Below, one piece after another: positions 26,582 to 34,397 of a stretch of DNA of 36,788 nt. The DNA comes from a virus. Taxonomy: Duplodnaviria; Caudoviricetes. Under the pieces are notes generated by a model. The model was not told the DNA's origin, ran no database searches, and saw only the letters and a program-made list of their open reading frames with translations. The stretch's first letter is position 1, and each line of letters starts with the position of its first letter. A program made the position numbers and the translations under genes. Location: positions 1-36,788 of IMG/VR virus record IMGVR_UViG_3300020556_000009; one strand, written 5' to 3'.

Positions 26582-26605
26582 CAGTAGTTTCGATATTGCT
26601 ACCTT
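26578..26605 (+). promoter_or_regulatory. Sigma70 promoter with 19-bp operator copy 2
   Basis: TTGACA-16-TACCTT, with the identical 19-mer at 26584-26602. Confidence 0.75.
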
Positions 26606-26692
26606 ACGTTTCGCCATGGCAACCACACCTCGGCACTGTTTGTCGCACTAGTGAACACGGTTTTCAGTCCCCGCATTTTGTTTGCTCGACTG

Positions 26693-26720
26693 TTGACACG
26701 GGTGGACGCCCGTATACGCT
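26693..26720 (+). promoter_or_regulatory. Sigma70-like promoter
   Basis: TTGACA-16-TACGCT with an acggg/cccgt inverted repeat. Confidence 0.55.
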
Positions 26721-26748
26721 GCCCCCACCACGAAAGGACGCCCCCCCT

Positions 26749-26973
26749 ATGCACACGAATGACGCCCACAGCCGTGAATACGCCGCCGCAATCGCCGGTA
26801 TGGCCGAGACCTACGGCACCAACCAGCCGCCCGCCGTTGGCGACTTCGTCAGCGGCATGACCGCAGGAAAGCGCTGGAGCGGCCACATCGAGTGGTTCCG
26901 CGACGACGGCTGGATGGTCGTCAACGTCGATCACTCGTGGGTGACGGTGCCCGTCGCAGACATCACGCACTGA
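26749..26973 (+). CDS. Small SH3-like hypothetical protein
   Basis: GAAAGGA RBS; VGDFVSG...WSGHIEW...MVVNVD. Confidence 0.65.
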   Translation: MHTNDAHSREYAAAIAGMAETYGTNQPPAVGDFVSGMTAGKRWSGHIEWFRDDGWMVVNVDHSWVTVPVADITH

Positions 26974-27112
26974 CACAAGGAACGCCCGCCAGCAGGACGC
27001 AGCGGGCGGAAAGGAGTGGGTCGGAGACCCAGCAGCAGGGACGCACCAAACACCCGGTGAGCATGACGCAGAGCCGGGCATTTTTCAGGACAGACACGAA
27101 AGGACACGGCAA

Positions 27113-27955
27113 ATGAGCACGGAAATCAGCACAACACGGGCCAGCACAGGGCTGGCACTTCAGTCGTTCGATGACGCTTTTCGCTTCGCCAAGATGGTAA
27201 GCGGCAGCGACTTCGCCCCAAAGGACTTTAAGGGCAAGCCAGAGTCGTGCATGTTGGCAATCCAGCACGGCAGCGAAGTCGGGCTTTCGCCAATGCAGTC
27301 TCTCCAGAGCATCGCCGTCATCAACGGCAGGCCGACGATCTGGGGCGACGCCGCTCTTGCCCTGGTGCAGTCGTCGCCCGTCTGCGAGTACGTCAAGGAA
27401 TACACCGAGGGCCAGGGCGACAGCCTGACCGCTGTGTGCGAAGCCAAGCGTCGAGGCTACCCGGCACCTACCGTCAGCCGGTTCTCGATGCAGGACGCCA
27501 AGCGAGCCGGGCTGGCTGGCAAGTCTGGCCCGTGGTCGCAGTATCCAGAAAGAATGCTTGCCCTGCGTGCTCGTGGCTTCGCCCTGCGTAACGCATTTGC
27601 TGACGCTCTGCGGGGCTTGATCACAGCCGAGGAGGCACAGGACTACCCGCAGCCGGTCGTGGCAGAGACGCCACGCCAGCCCGTCGAGGTGCGGCCTAAG
27701 TTCGACGACGAGCCGAAGCCGTCGCGTATCGTGCTTTCCCCGAAGGTCGCGCAGGAGCCGCAGCGGACTCGAGCGGAGAACGGCCGCCTGGCGATCAGCG
27801 CCGCCAAGGACGTCGCTGCCTGCGAGGCGCTTCGGACCAAGCTCGACAGCTACCACGACGCCGGCGAGATCAGCGACGACGAATTCACGGAACTCACGAA
27901 GTTGCTGATGGGCAAGGTCGAGATCCTGGTCGGACGAGAGGAGGTGACGGCATGA
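27113..27955 (+). CDS. RecT/Red-beta-like single-strand annealing protein
   Basis: GLSPMQSLQSIAVINGRPTIWGD and WSQYPERML..RA...ALR.AF.D.L.GL...EE. Confidence 0.85.
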   Translation: MSTEISTTRASTGLALQSFDDAFRFAKMVSGSDFAPKDFKGKPESCMLAIQHGSEVGLSPMQSLQSIAVINGRPTIWGDAALALVQSSPVCEYVKEYTEGQGDSLTAVCEAKRRGYPAPTVSRFSMQDAKRAGLAGKSGPWSQYPERMLALRARGFALRNAFADALRGLITAEEAQDYPQPVVAETPRQPVEVRPKFDDEPKPSRIVLSPKVAQEPQRTRAENGRLAISAAKDVAACEALRTKLDSYHDAGEISDDEFTELTKLLMGKVEILVGREEVTA

Positions 27956-28206
27956 CCAAGCTCTACAGCGCCTACGTCGGCAGCATCGACCTCCACCATT
28001 GGGTGCAGGACGGCGAGCCGCTCACGGTCAACGGCACGCCGATGGTCCGCTTGCCTGGCGACACCATCGTGCCCGCGACTCGCTGGCGTGCCACCAAGGC
28101 TGAAGCGTTGCTCGACGCCGCAGATCAGATTGAGGCTATGCGTGCAAGGTTGCTTGCGGAGTCAATCAAGCTGCGAGAGCAGGCACGGGAGGCGACCAAT
28201 GGCTAG
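27952..28206 (+). CDS. Hypothetical protein
   Basis: GGAGG RBS and ATGA overlap. Confidence 0.7.
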   Translation: MTKLYSAYVGSIDLHHWVQDGEPLTVNGTPMVRLPGDTIVPATRWRATKAEALLDAADQIEAMRARLLAESIKLREQAREATNG

Positions 28207-28450
28207 GTACGCCGCTCGCCCGCTCGACGAACCGCTGACGATCAGTGCTGACTCAATTGCTGAGTTTCTCGACCGCTACAGGAAGCACGACATGGCGGAT
28301 TTTGTGCGGCACCTCGGACTCAAGGCACAGCGCGACAACCAGAAGGAAATGGCGCTGCTGGCACGCATCAACGAGCTGGAGGCGAAGTACGAACCGCGCG
28401 TGCGGGAGAAGCTGCACGACCCTCAGCCGAAACCAGAGTCGAGCGATTGA
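28199..28450 (+). CDS. Hypothetical coiled-coil protein
   Basis: GGAGG RBS before ATG 28199. Confidence 0.65.
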   Translation: MARYAARPLDEPLTISADSIAEFLDRYRKHDMADFVRHLGLKAQRDNQKEMALLARINELEAKYEPRVREKLHDPQPKPESSD

Positions 28451-28454
28451 CACA

Positions 28455-28597
28455 GACCGGCCCGCCATGGCCGCAGGTGCTTTTCCATTGGGGCACCATT
28501 GGTCGCCAGTTGAGCACTCAAGAGGCGTTGTATCAGTGCAGCCGCCGCCCGACTCCACGGGTAAAGCGACCGGATGCCGCACGACACGCGGCCAATA
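28455..28597 (+). ncRNA. Candidate structured RNA leader
   Basis: Multiple nested and competing stems in a ~160-nt intergenic region (see findings). Confidence 0.4.
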
Positions 28598-28613
28598 CAC
28601 GAAAGGAAGCGTG

Positions 28614-29018
28614 ATGACACAGGTCTATTTGGCTGGCCCGATACACGGACGATCAGACATTGAGTGCAAGGCGTGGCGAAACGAAGCCGCTGCCGTGCTC
28701 GGCGTTCACGACATCACATGCCTAGACCCTATGCGGCATGACTATCGAGGCATTGAGGAAGAGGCTGCCGACGACATTGTCGCTCACGACGAGCAGATGA
28801 TTGACGAAGCCGACCTGGTCCTTGTCAATGCCAACGAGCCTAGCTGGGGCACGGCTATGGAAGTGTTCTACGCCAAGAACCTCGGCAAGGAAGTCGTTGC
28901 GTTTACAGACGCTGATTCGATAAGCCCGTGGCTCCGTGTGCACACAACGGCAATTTTTGGAACTCTCGCCCAGGCTTTGGGCGGCATTGTGTTTCGTGAC
29001 ACAAAAGGAATGAGGTGA
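28614..29018 (+). CDS. Nucleoside 2-deoxyribosyltransferase-family (NDT/RCL) protein
   Basis: VYLAGPI...WR...DP...D..MIDEADLVLVN...SWGTAMEVFYA. Confidence 0.85.
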   Translation: MTQVYLAGPIHGRSDIECKAWRNEAAAVLGVHDITCLDPMRHDYRGIEEEAADDIVAHDEQMIDEADLVLVNANEPSWGTAMEVFYAKNLGKEVVAFTDADSISPWLRVHTTAIFGTLAQALGGIVFRDTKGMR

Positions 29019-29021
29019 GCG

Positions 29022-29171
29022 ATGCCATCGAGGCCATCAGTTCCAGTTGATCGCGTGAAGCAGCTGCTTGATCAGGGCGTCAAGCAGAGCGTTATCGTGC
29101 AAAGGCTGGCAGTGTCGAAGTCTGTGGTGTCGTGCATCGCACGAGGCATCTATCTGGAGCCACGGAAGTGA
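29022..29171 (+). CDS. Small HTH protein (49 aa, not in the ORF track)
   Basis: GAGG RBS; LLDQGVKQSVIVQRLAVSKSVVSCIARG. Confidence 0.65.
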   Translation: MPSRPSVPVDRVKQLLDQGVKQSVIVQRLAVSKSVVSCIARGIYLEPRK

Positions 29172-29479
29172 CCCGCCCGCACTACATCACGCCGCCCATC
29201 GAAGACACGCTGCCGCTGTTCCGCCGCACCGATCCGGTGACGAGCAAGGCAGCAGCCGCAAGCGTCAAGACGTTCGCAGGCGAGCACCACGCGGCGATCC
29301 TTGAGGCGCTGTCGCACGGGCCGGCTGGTGCGTCGGGCATTGCGGCACGATGCGGACTGCTTGGGCACCAGGTCAACAAGCGGCTGGGCGAGCTTGCACG
29401 GGCTGGCAGGATCGTTGAGACGGGCATGCTGGTGGCGAGTAGCAGCGGCAGGGGCGAAAGGGAATGGAGGTGTGCGTGA
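29168..29479 (+). CDS. Winged-HTH protein (RxTDPxTS family)
   Basis: RRTDPVTSKAAA...ILEAL...VNKRLGELARAG. Confidence 0.75.
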   Translation: MTRPHYITPPIEDTLPLFRRTDPVTSKAAAASVKTFAGEHHAAILEALSHGPAGASGIAARCGLLGHQVNKRLGELARAGRIVETGMLVASSSGRGEREWRCA

Positions 29480-30294
29480 TGAGAAGGGACGGCACAGACA
29501 TCAGCGGCGTCGTCATTGGCGTTGGAGCGCCAAACCGAACAAAAGACGGACGTGTTGTGCAATGTGCAATCGTGCTTGACGACGCGATTGGCTTTGCTCG
29601 CGTGTTTTGCGACTACCGCAACGGCATGGAGCGGTTGAGCATGTGGGATAGGTGCGAATTGCTAGTCCAGGCCACGCCGAAGGACAACCGCTTTGAAAGC
29701 TGGAAGATGCTCGAGGCTGACATCACTGGTCGCGTTGATGGATCGCAAGAAAAACGGGCGATCCTTGAAGCGTGCGTGAGACAGACAGGAGACGAAGATC
29801 CCGTTGACTGCTTCAACCGGGAAAGGCGCAGCATTGGCGTCGTTAAGCCGCAGCAGTCGAGCATCGGATACGGGATGGAAATACGGGAGTTTGAAGAGTC
29901 TCCTGATTGGCTGACAACGCAATGCGAGACGCCACAAAAGCCATTTCTGCAATGGCAGAGCCAGCAAGGAAAGACGCACAGGCAACAGGTCGCTGCGCAC
30001 GAAGTCTATGAGTGGTTGCGGAAGAATCCTTCAAGGCACGGAGGGCTTTGGGACAACCTCCAGATCACAAACATTGACTTCGACAAGTGGCTATTGCTTG
30101 GCACGGCAAGCACGCACCGTACTGCGTGGCTTGTGGTGCATGTCCACCGTCTAAAAAAAACGACCCCGCCACTTATCGACTCAAGCTCGCTGATCGTAGA
30201 TGGCAAGCCAAGCGGCTGGCCTTATTTGCGGCGAGAGGATGTTGCTGCCAAGCGTGCCGAATCGACGGGGCAGCAACTGTTGTTCACCACTTGA
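29479..30294 (+). CDS. Uncharacterised protein (possible dual-OB-like fold)
   Basis: GGAGG RBS; VIGVGAPN...DGR..CA...FARVF, KDNRFESWK, SIGVVKP and LLLGT...AWLVV. Confidence 0.7.
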   Translation: MRRDGTDISGVVIGVGAPNRTKDGRVVQCAIVLDDAIGFARVFCDYRNGMERLSMWDRCELLVQATPKDNRFESWKMLEADITGRVDGSQEKRAILEACVRQTGDEDPVDCFNRERRSIGVVKPQQSSIGYGMEIREFEESPDWLTTQCETPQKPFLQWQSQQGKTHRQQVAAHEVYEWLRKNPSRHGGLWDNLQITNIDFDKWLLLGTASTHRTAWLVVHVHRLKKTTPPLIDSSSLIVDGKPSGWPYLRREDVAAKRAESTGQQLLFTT

Positions 30295-30386
30295 GATACG
30301 ACGCCGACCTAGAGCCTTGGGAATACGCGGACTCTGACTACCTGCTCGTTTGCCGAGCCTGCCATGAAAGGATTCACGGACGATGA
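30153..30386 (+). CDS. HNH endonuclease domain in the -1 frame, probably reached by frameshifting
   Basis: YRLKLADRRWQAKR...CQAC...VHHLRY...PWEY.D...VCRACHERIH, beginning at an A8 run. Confidence 0.7.
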   Translation, partial: KKNDPATYRLKLADRRWQAKRLALFAARGCCCQACRIDGAATVVHHLRYDADLEPWEYADSDYLLVCRACHERIHGR

Positions 30387-31270
30387 AGAACCATCCTATT
30401 GCAGATGTTTGGCCGATGATGGACGAGGCCAAGCTGGCTGAGCTGGCCGACGACATCCGCAAGAACGGCCAGCTTGTGCCGGTGTGGCTGTACGAGGGAA
30501 AGATCCTCGACGGACGCAACCGCTGGGCCGCCTGCAAGATTGCTGGCGTTGATCCGAAGACAAAGGAATACGCCGGCGACGAACCGACCGCGTTCGCTGT
30601 GTCGCTGAATGATCGGCGGCGGCACATGAATAAGGGGGCGCTTGCTGCTGTTGCTGCTGAGCTTGAGCCGCACTTTGCCGCAGACGCCAAGCGAAGGCAG
30701 GCCCGCAAGCCAAAAGCAGAATTTGTTCAGGAAAAAATTCCTGAACAAAAGAGGGCGCAGGCTCGGGAAGAAGCCGCCAAGTCTGTCGGCGTGAACGACC
30801 GCTACGTTTCCGACGCCAAGAAGGTGAAGACCGAAGCCCCGGAAGTCTTTGAGCGACTGAAGGCCGGAAAGATCACACTTCAAGATGCCAAGCGTGAAGT
30901 CGCAAAGAAGCCTACGGACGATTGGCGACAAGACGAGCGCGATCGCCAGGTGCAGGTGCAGGACGGACTGACGGTGGTGGCAAACGCTGCCGCAGACAAG
31001 AACCTTATCTGCTGGGCTGAGCGTGAAGGGCTTGCTGTTCGCATTGACCGCAGCACGCGGTACGGCAATCCGTTTGTCCTTAACGAGGACGGAGACCGCG
31101 ACGAGGTGTGCGACTCGTACGAGAGGCACTACCTCGTCAGAAAGCCGTCTATCACCGAGCGGATTGATGCTGGCGAACTCACAGGCAAGGTGCTTGTGTG
31201 CCACTGCTACCCGCAGCGATGCCACGGCGACTGTCTCGCCGCAGAAGCAAACTCCGTGTCTGTGAAGTAA
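30383..31270 (+). CDS. ParB/Srx N-terminal domain + HTH + DUF4326 fusion
   Basis: HPIADVWPMM...ILDGRNRWAAC at the N-terminus; RIDRSTRYGNPF...LTGKVLVCHCYPQRCHGD at the C-terminus. Confidence 0.85.
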   Translation: MKNHPIADVWPMMDEAKLAELADDIRKNGQLVPVWLYEGKILDGRNRWAACKIAGVDPKTKEYAGDEPTAFAVSLNDRRRHMNKGALAAVAAELEPHFAADAKRRQARKPKAEFVQEKIPEQKRAQAREEAAKSVGVNDRYVSDAKKVKTEAPEVFERLKAGKITLQDAKREVAKKPTDDWRQDERDRQVQVQDGLTVVANAAADKNLICWAEREGLAVRIDRSTRYGNPFVLNEDGDRDEVCDSYERHYLVRKPSITERIDAGELTGKVLVCHCYPQRCHGDCLAAEANSVSVK

Positions 31271-31282
31271 GGAGTGCCAAGG

Positions 31283-31621
31283 ATGGCAGCTGAGATGATT
31301 CAAGTAACAGTGGAGATCGAATGTCACATGATCGGAGAATGCCGCAGAGGTATTTGCCGATTGCAAAACATTATTTCGGTCTCGTGCATTCCGAGCGCTG
31401 GAGACTGGATTGAATTTACAACAAACATGGACGGCTCATTAATAACTCCCGATCCGTTTTGGCTCACCGTTGACAAAAGGGAATTTACCGTAGCAAACGG
31501 AAGGTCTGAGCTAATTCTTCTTTGCGAAGACCACAACACGTACGGATACGACGATGACGACATGGAATGGTTAGTCAATCAGGGCTGGCGTGAAGTAACG
31601 GAGGCCAAGGATGGCCGGTAG
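31283..31621 (+). CDS. Hypothetical protein (AT-richer)
   Basis: AAGGAG RBS; fills the gap between neighbours. Confidence 0.6.
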   Translation: MAAEMIQVTVEIECHMIGECRRGICRLQNIISVSCIPSAGDWIEFTTNMDGSLITPDPFWLTVDKREFTVANGRSELILLCEDHNTYGYDDDDMEWLVNQGWREVTEAKDGR

Positions 31622-32444
31622 TTGGATCAAATTCCGCCACGACCTAATCGACGCACCGGAGATCCGGCGGCTATCGAAGGCGTGCGGCGTCACCCGCGAC
31701 GATGTCTACGGGAAGCTGTTCAGGCTGTGGTCGTGGTTTGACCGCCACAGCCACAACGGAGCCGTCGCCGGCGAGTCTGGCGAACTGGTGGACGAGATCG
31801 TAGGGCATTCCGGGTTCGCTGCGGCGCTTGTCAGCGTCGGGTGGCTGTGCGACGACCAGGACGGGATTGTCATCCCGAATTGGGAGCGGCACAACTCGGA
31901 AACTGCCAAAGAAAGAGCGTTAGATGCCGCTAGAAAGGCACTTTCGAGAATGTCCGGGTCCGACCCGGACACACCCGAAACACCCTGTCCGGCAACTACC
32001 CGGACCAGACTAGAGAAGACTAGAGGAGATAATCCTCCTCCTCCGCGAGGCGCTTCGCTGCCGGAAGGCAGGAAGGCACTCAAGGCGGCGTGGGCCGCTG
32101 CCGCTGCCGCTGGGCATGTGCAGCCATGGAATGCGTCTGGGATGCCAGACAAGACAGACGAGCGTCTCGGTGAGCCTGGATGGCTCGAAGACGCCTTGCA
32201 GGCGATCCAGCGGCTTCACAGGTGCCGGTATTTCGACAACGGGAAGCCGACGCTGATCCAGCTGTGCGTCAGTGGCTTCGTGTCCAAGGTGCTCGGCGGT
32301 CAGTACGACGAGCCGAAGCCGGCGAAGAAGCAGCGTTCCGGCGACATGCAGCAAGAAAAACTCCCGCCGCGCGGCTTCACGGGTGAGGCGGCAGATGCTT
32401 TCGAGCGTACACGGCGTGCGCTTGCCAAGAGTGCGACAACCTAA
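31611..32444 (+). CDS. Phage replication initiator / replisome organiser
   Basis: WIKF..DL.D.PE...GKLFRLWSWFD...VGWL...IPNWERHN..TAK.R. Confidence 0.8.
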   Translation: MAGSWIKFRHDLIDAPEIRRLSKACGVTRDDVYGKLFRLWSWFDRHSHNGAVAGESGELVDEIVGHSGFAAALVSVGWLCDDQDGIVIPNWERHNSETAKERALDAARKALSRMSGSDPDTPETPCPATTRTRLEKTRGDNPPPPRGASLPEGRKALKAAWAAAAAAGHVQPWNASGMPDKTDERLGEPGWLEDALQAIQRLHRCRYFDNGKPTLIQLCVSGFVSKVLGGQYDEPKPAKKQRSGDMQQEKLPPRGFTGEAADAFERTRRALAKSATT

Positions 32445-32462
32445 CGGAAAGGATTCCGACAG

Positions 32463-32726
32463 ATGACAACGACGATTGACGCCCCAACATTGACGGCAAG
32501 GCAACTGGACATCCTCCACTGGATTGCCGGTTTCATCGACACACACGGCTACCCGCCCACCTATAGGCAGGTCGGTCGCCACTACGGATGGCGAAGCCCT
32601 GGTGCCGCTATGACCACGCATTTGAAGTCACTGGAACGCAAAGGCGTTGTGACCCGTGAGCCGGGGCAGGCCCGCACACTGCAACTCACGCCGCTTGGCA
32701 TGGCGCTGATCGGCGGTGACGCATGA
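32463..32726 (+). CDS. Stand-alone LexA-type DNA-binding domain
   Basis: LTARQLDIL.WI..FI..HGYPPT.R......SP.A...HLKSLERKG...R....ART. No S24 peptidase domain. Confidence 0.85.
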   Translation: MTTTIDAPTLTARQLDILHWIAGFIDTHGYPPTYRQVGRHYGWRSPGAAMTTHLKSLERKGVVTREPGQARTLQLTPLGMALIGGDA

Positions 32727-32908
32727 ACTACATCCACCTGCCGCCACCGTCCGACGTCGTGCAGTCGCTCATGGATCGTGCGTGGGACGACGACGTGAGC
32801 GACGACGACCGGATCTTGCTTGAGACGGCGGCGAAGACGCTGGAAGTGACGCTGGACAGGTGCATCAGGCTCGCCAGCGTCATCGAGAAGACGGAGGTGG
32901 GACTGTGA
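32723..32908 (+). CDS. Hypothetical protein
   Basis: ATGA and GTGA coupling on both sides. Confidence 0.65.
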   Translation: MNYIHLPPPSDVVQSLMDRAWDDDVSDDDRILLETAAKTLEVTLDRCIRLASVIEKTEVGL

Positions 32909-34128
32909 GATACGCAAGCGTCTGCGACGGCATAGGTGCGGCTCATGTCGCATGGCAACCGCTTGGCTGGGAGTGTGTGTGGACTTCAGAGATCGAGCCG
33001 TTTCCATCCGCAGTAGTTGACGAGCGGTGGAAGCTGAAGAACGTCGGCGACATGACCAAACTCACGGAGGAGCAGCTGCAACATGAAGGACCGATTTCTC
33101 TTCTCGTCGGAGGAACTCCGTGTCAGTCGTTCTCCGTCGCAGGGCTGCGAAAAGGACTGGAAGACCCGCGTGGCAACTTGGCACTCCGATTCACTCAGCT
33201 TGTTGGAGTCCTGCGGCCCACTTGGGTGGTCTGGGAAAACGTCCCCGGCGTCTTGTCGTCGGCAGGAGGACGGGACTTTGGCACCTTCCTCGGGGCGTTG
33301 GCAGAACTCGGGTATGGGTTCGCCTACCGGATTCTTGACGCTCAATGGTTTGGAGTCGCCCAGCGCCGTCGCCGTGTGTTCGTTGTCGGCCACCTTGGAG
33401 ATTGGAGACGTGCCGCAGCGGTACTATTTGAGCGCGAAAGCGTGTTCGGGAATCCTCCGACGCGCGGAGCGACGGGGCAAGGCTCTGCCTCCGGCTTTGC
33501 GGACGGCTCTGGCGGAGGCCTCGCAAAGCCTCTCGGATCACACGCCCTGTCAAAAGGACGCGGAACCGACCTCGACAACACCACTTATGTCGCGTTCGCC
33601 CAGAACCAGCGGCAGGAAGTCTGCGAGCTAGCGGCGGCTGGGGCGTTGCCATCCATTCGCAGGGGCGATGCTAAGAACGAAACGCTCTTGGCCTTCACCA
33701 AATCCAAGCGAGCCCAAAGCACCAGCGATGATGAGTCGTGGGTGCCAGGCGAAGTCAGCCCGACGATGAGCTGCTTTGACCAGGGGGATACGCGGGCGAC
33801 GACGGTGGTGGCTGCTTACGGTTTATCAACATTTGTGACTCCGAAATACGCAAGCGAACTATCCCCAACCGTCGCACAGCCATCACCAACAGGAGGCGGT
33901 CAGCCGCCAGCAGTGGCTACGTCCATGGCCGTTCGCCGCCTCACGCCCCGAGAGTGCGAACGGCTCCAAGGCTTCCCAGACGATTACACGCTGGTGGAGT
34001 ATCGGAAGAAGCCCGCCGCAGACGGGCCTCGATACCGGGCGTTGGGGAACTCAATGGCCGTGCCTGTTATGCGTTGGATAGGCGAGCGGATTGCATCGGT
34101 TGATAGCGTGGAAGGCGGCAACGCATGA
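32905..34128 (+). CDS. DNA (cytosine-5) methyltransferase
   Basis: Motif I variant SVCDGIG, IV GGTPCQSFS, VI WENVPG, VIII QRRRRVF, IX RRLTPRECERLQGFP and X YRALGNS. Confidence 0.95.
   Translation: MRYASVCDGIGAAHVAWQPLGWECVWTSEIEPFPSAVVDERWKLKNVGDMTKLTEEQLQHEGPISLLVGGTPCQSFSVAGLRKGLEDPRGNLALRFTQLVGVLRPTWVVWENVPGVLSSAGGRDFGTFLGALAELGYGFAYRILDAQWFGVAQRRRRVFVVGHLGDWRRAAAVLFERESVFGNPPTRGATGQGSASGFADGSGGGLAKPLGSHALSKGRGTDLDNTTYVAFAQNQRQEVCELAAAGALPSIRRGDAKNETLLAFTKSKRAQSTSDDESWVPGEVSPTMSCFDQGDTRATTVVAAYGLSTFVTPKYASELSPTVAQPSPTGGGQPPAVATSMAVRRLTPRECERLQGFPDDYTLVEYRKKPAADGPRYRALGNSMAVPVMRWIGERIASVDSVEGGNA
33083..33631 (+). CDS. Nested +1-frame ORF, M.EcoHK31I beta-polypeptide-like
   Basis: GGAGGAG 10 nt before ATG 33083; 182 open codons; YYLSAKACSGILRRAERRGKALP. 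Confidence 0.65.
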   Translation: MKDRFLFSSEELRVSRSPSQGCEKDWKTRVATWHSDSLSLLESCGPLGWSGKTSPASCRRQEDGTLAPSSGRWQNSGMGSPTGFLTLNGLESPSAVAVCSLSATLEIGDVPQRYYLSAKACSGILRRAERRGKALPPALRTALAEASQSLSDHTPCQKDAEPTSTTPLMSRSPRTSGRKSAS

Positions 34129-34397
34129 CCACCGAAGAGCTCGCCATGCTCGCCGTTGGACAGATCATCGCTGCGGGAATGTTTTCTCTCGGCGTGTTGG
34201 TAGGAGTTTCACTACATCGAAAGGAATCGAAGGATGACAGCAACGAAGGAACGAAAGAAGCGGGCTGGTGGCATCAGCCTGTCAGCACCGGAACTCAAGG
34301 CGGCGCTCAACGCCGTAGGCCAGGCGGTGCCGACAAGGTCGCCACGACCCATCTACCAGAGCGTGCTCCTATCGGGCGGGGTGCTTTCTGGGAGTGA
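34125..34397 (+). CDS. Small single-TM protein overlapping the dnaN-like gene
   Basis: ATGA coupling to the MTase and an N-terminal TM segment. Confidence 0.5.
   Translation: MTTEELAMLAVGQIIAAGMFSLGVLVGVSLHRKESKDDSNEGTKEAGWWHQPVSTGTQGGAQRRRPGGADKVATTHLPERAPIGRGAFWE

Noticed and set aside
28501-28571. Bona fide tRNA gene
   Set aside because: It is cloverleaf-sized but lacks the T-loop TTC, D-loop GG and a 7-nt anticodon loop. Kept only as a structured RNA candidate.
28245-28613. Long N-terminal extension of the NDT ORF
   Set aside because: It overlaps another gene and the structured leader. The GAAAGGA RBS supports a start at 28611/28614.
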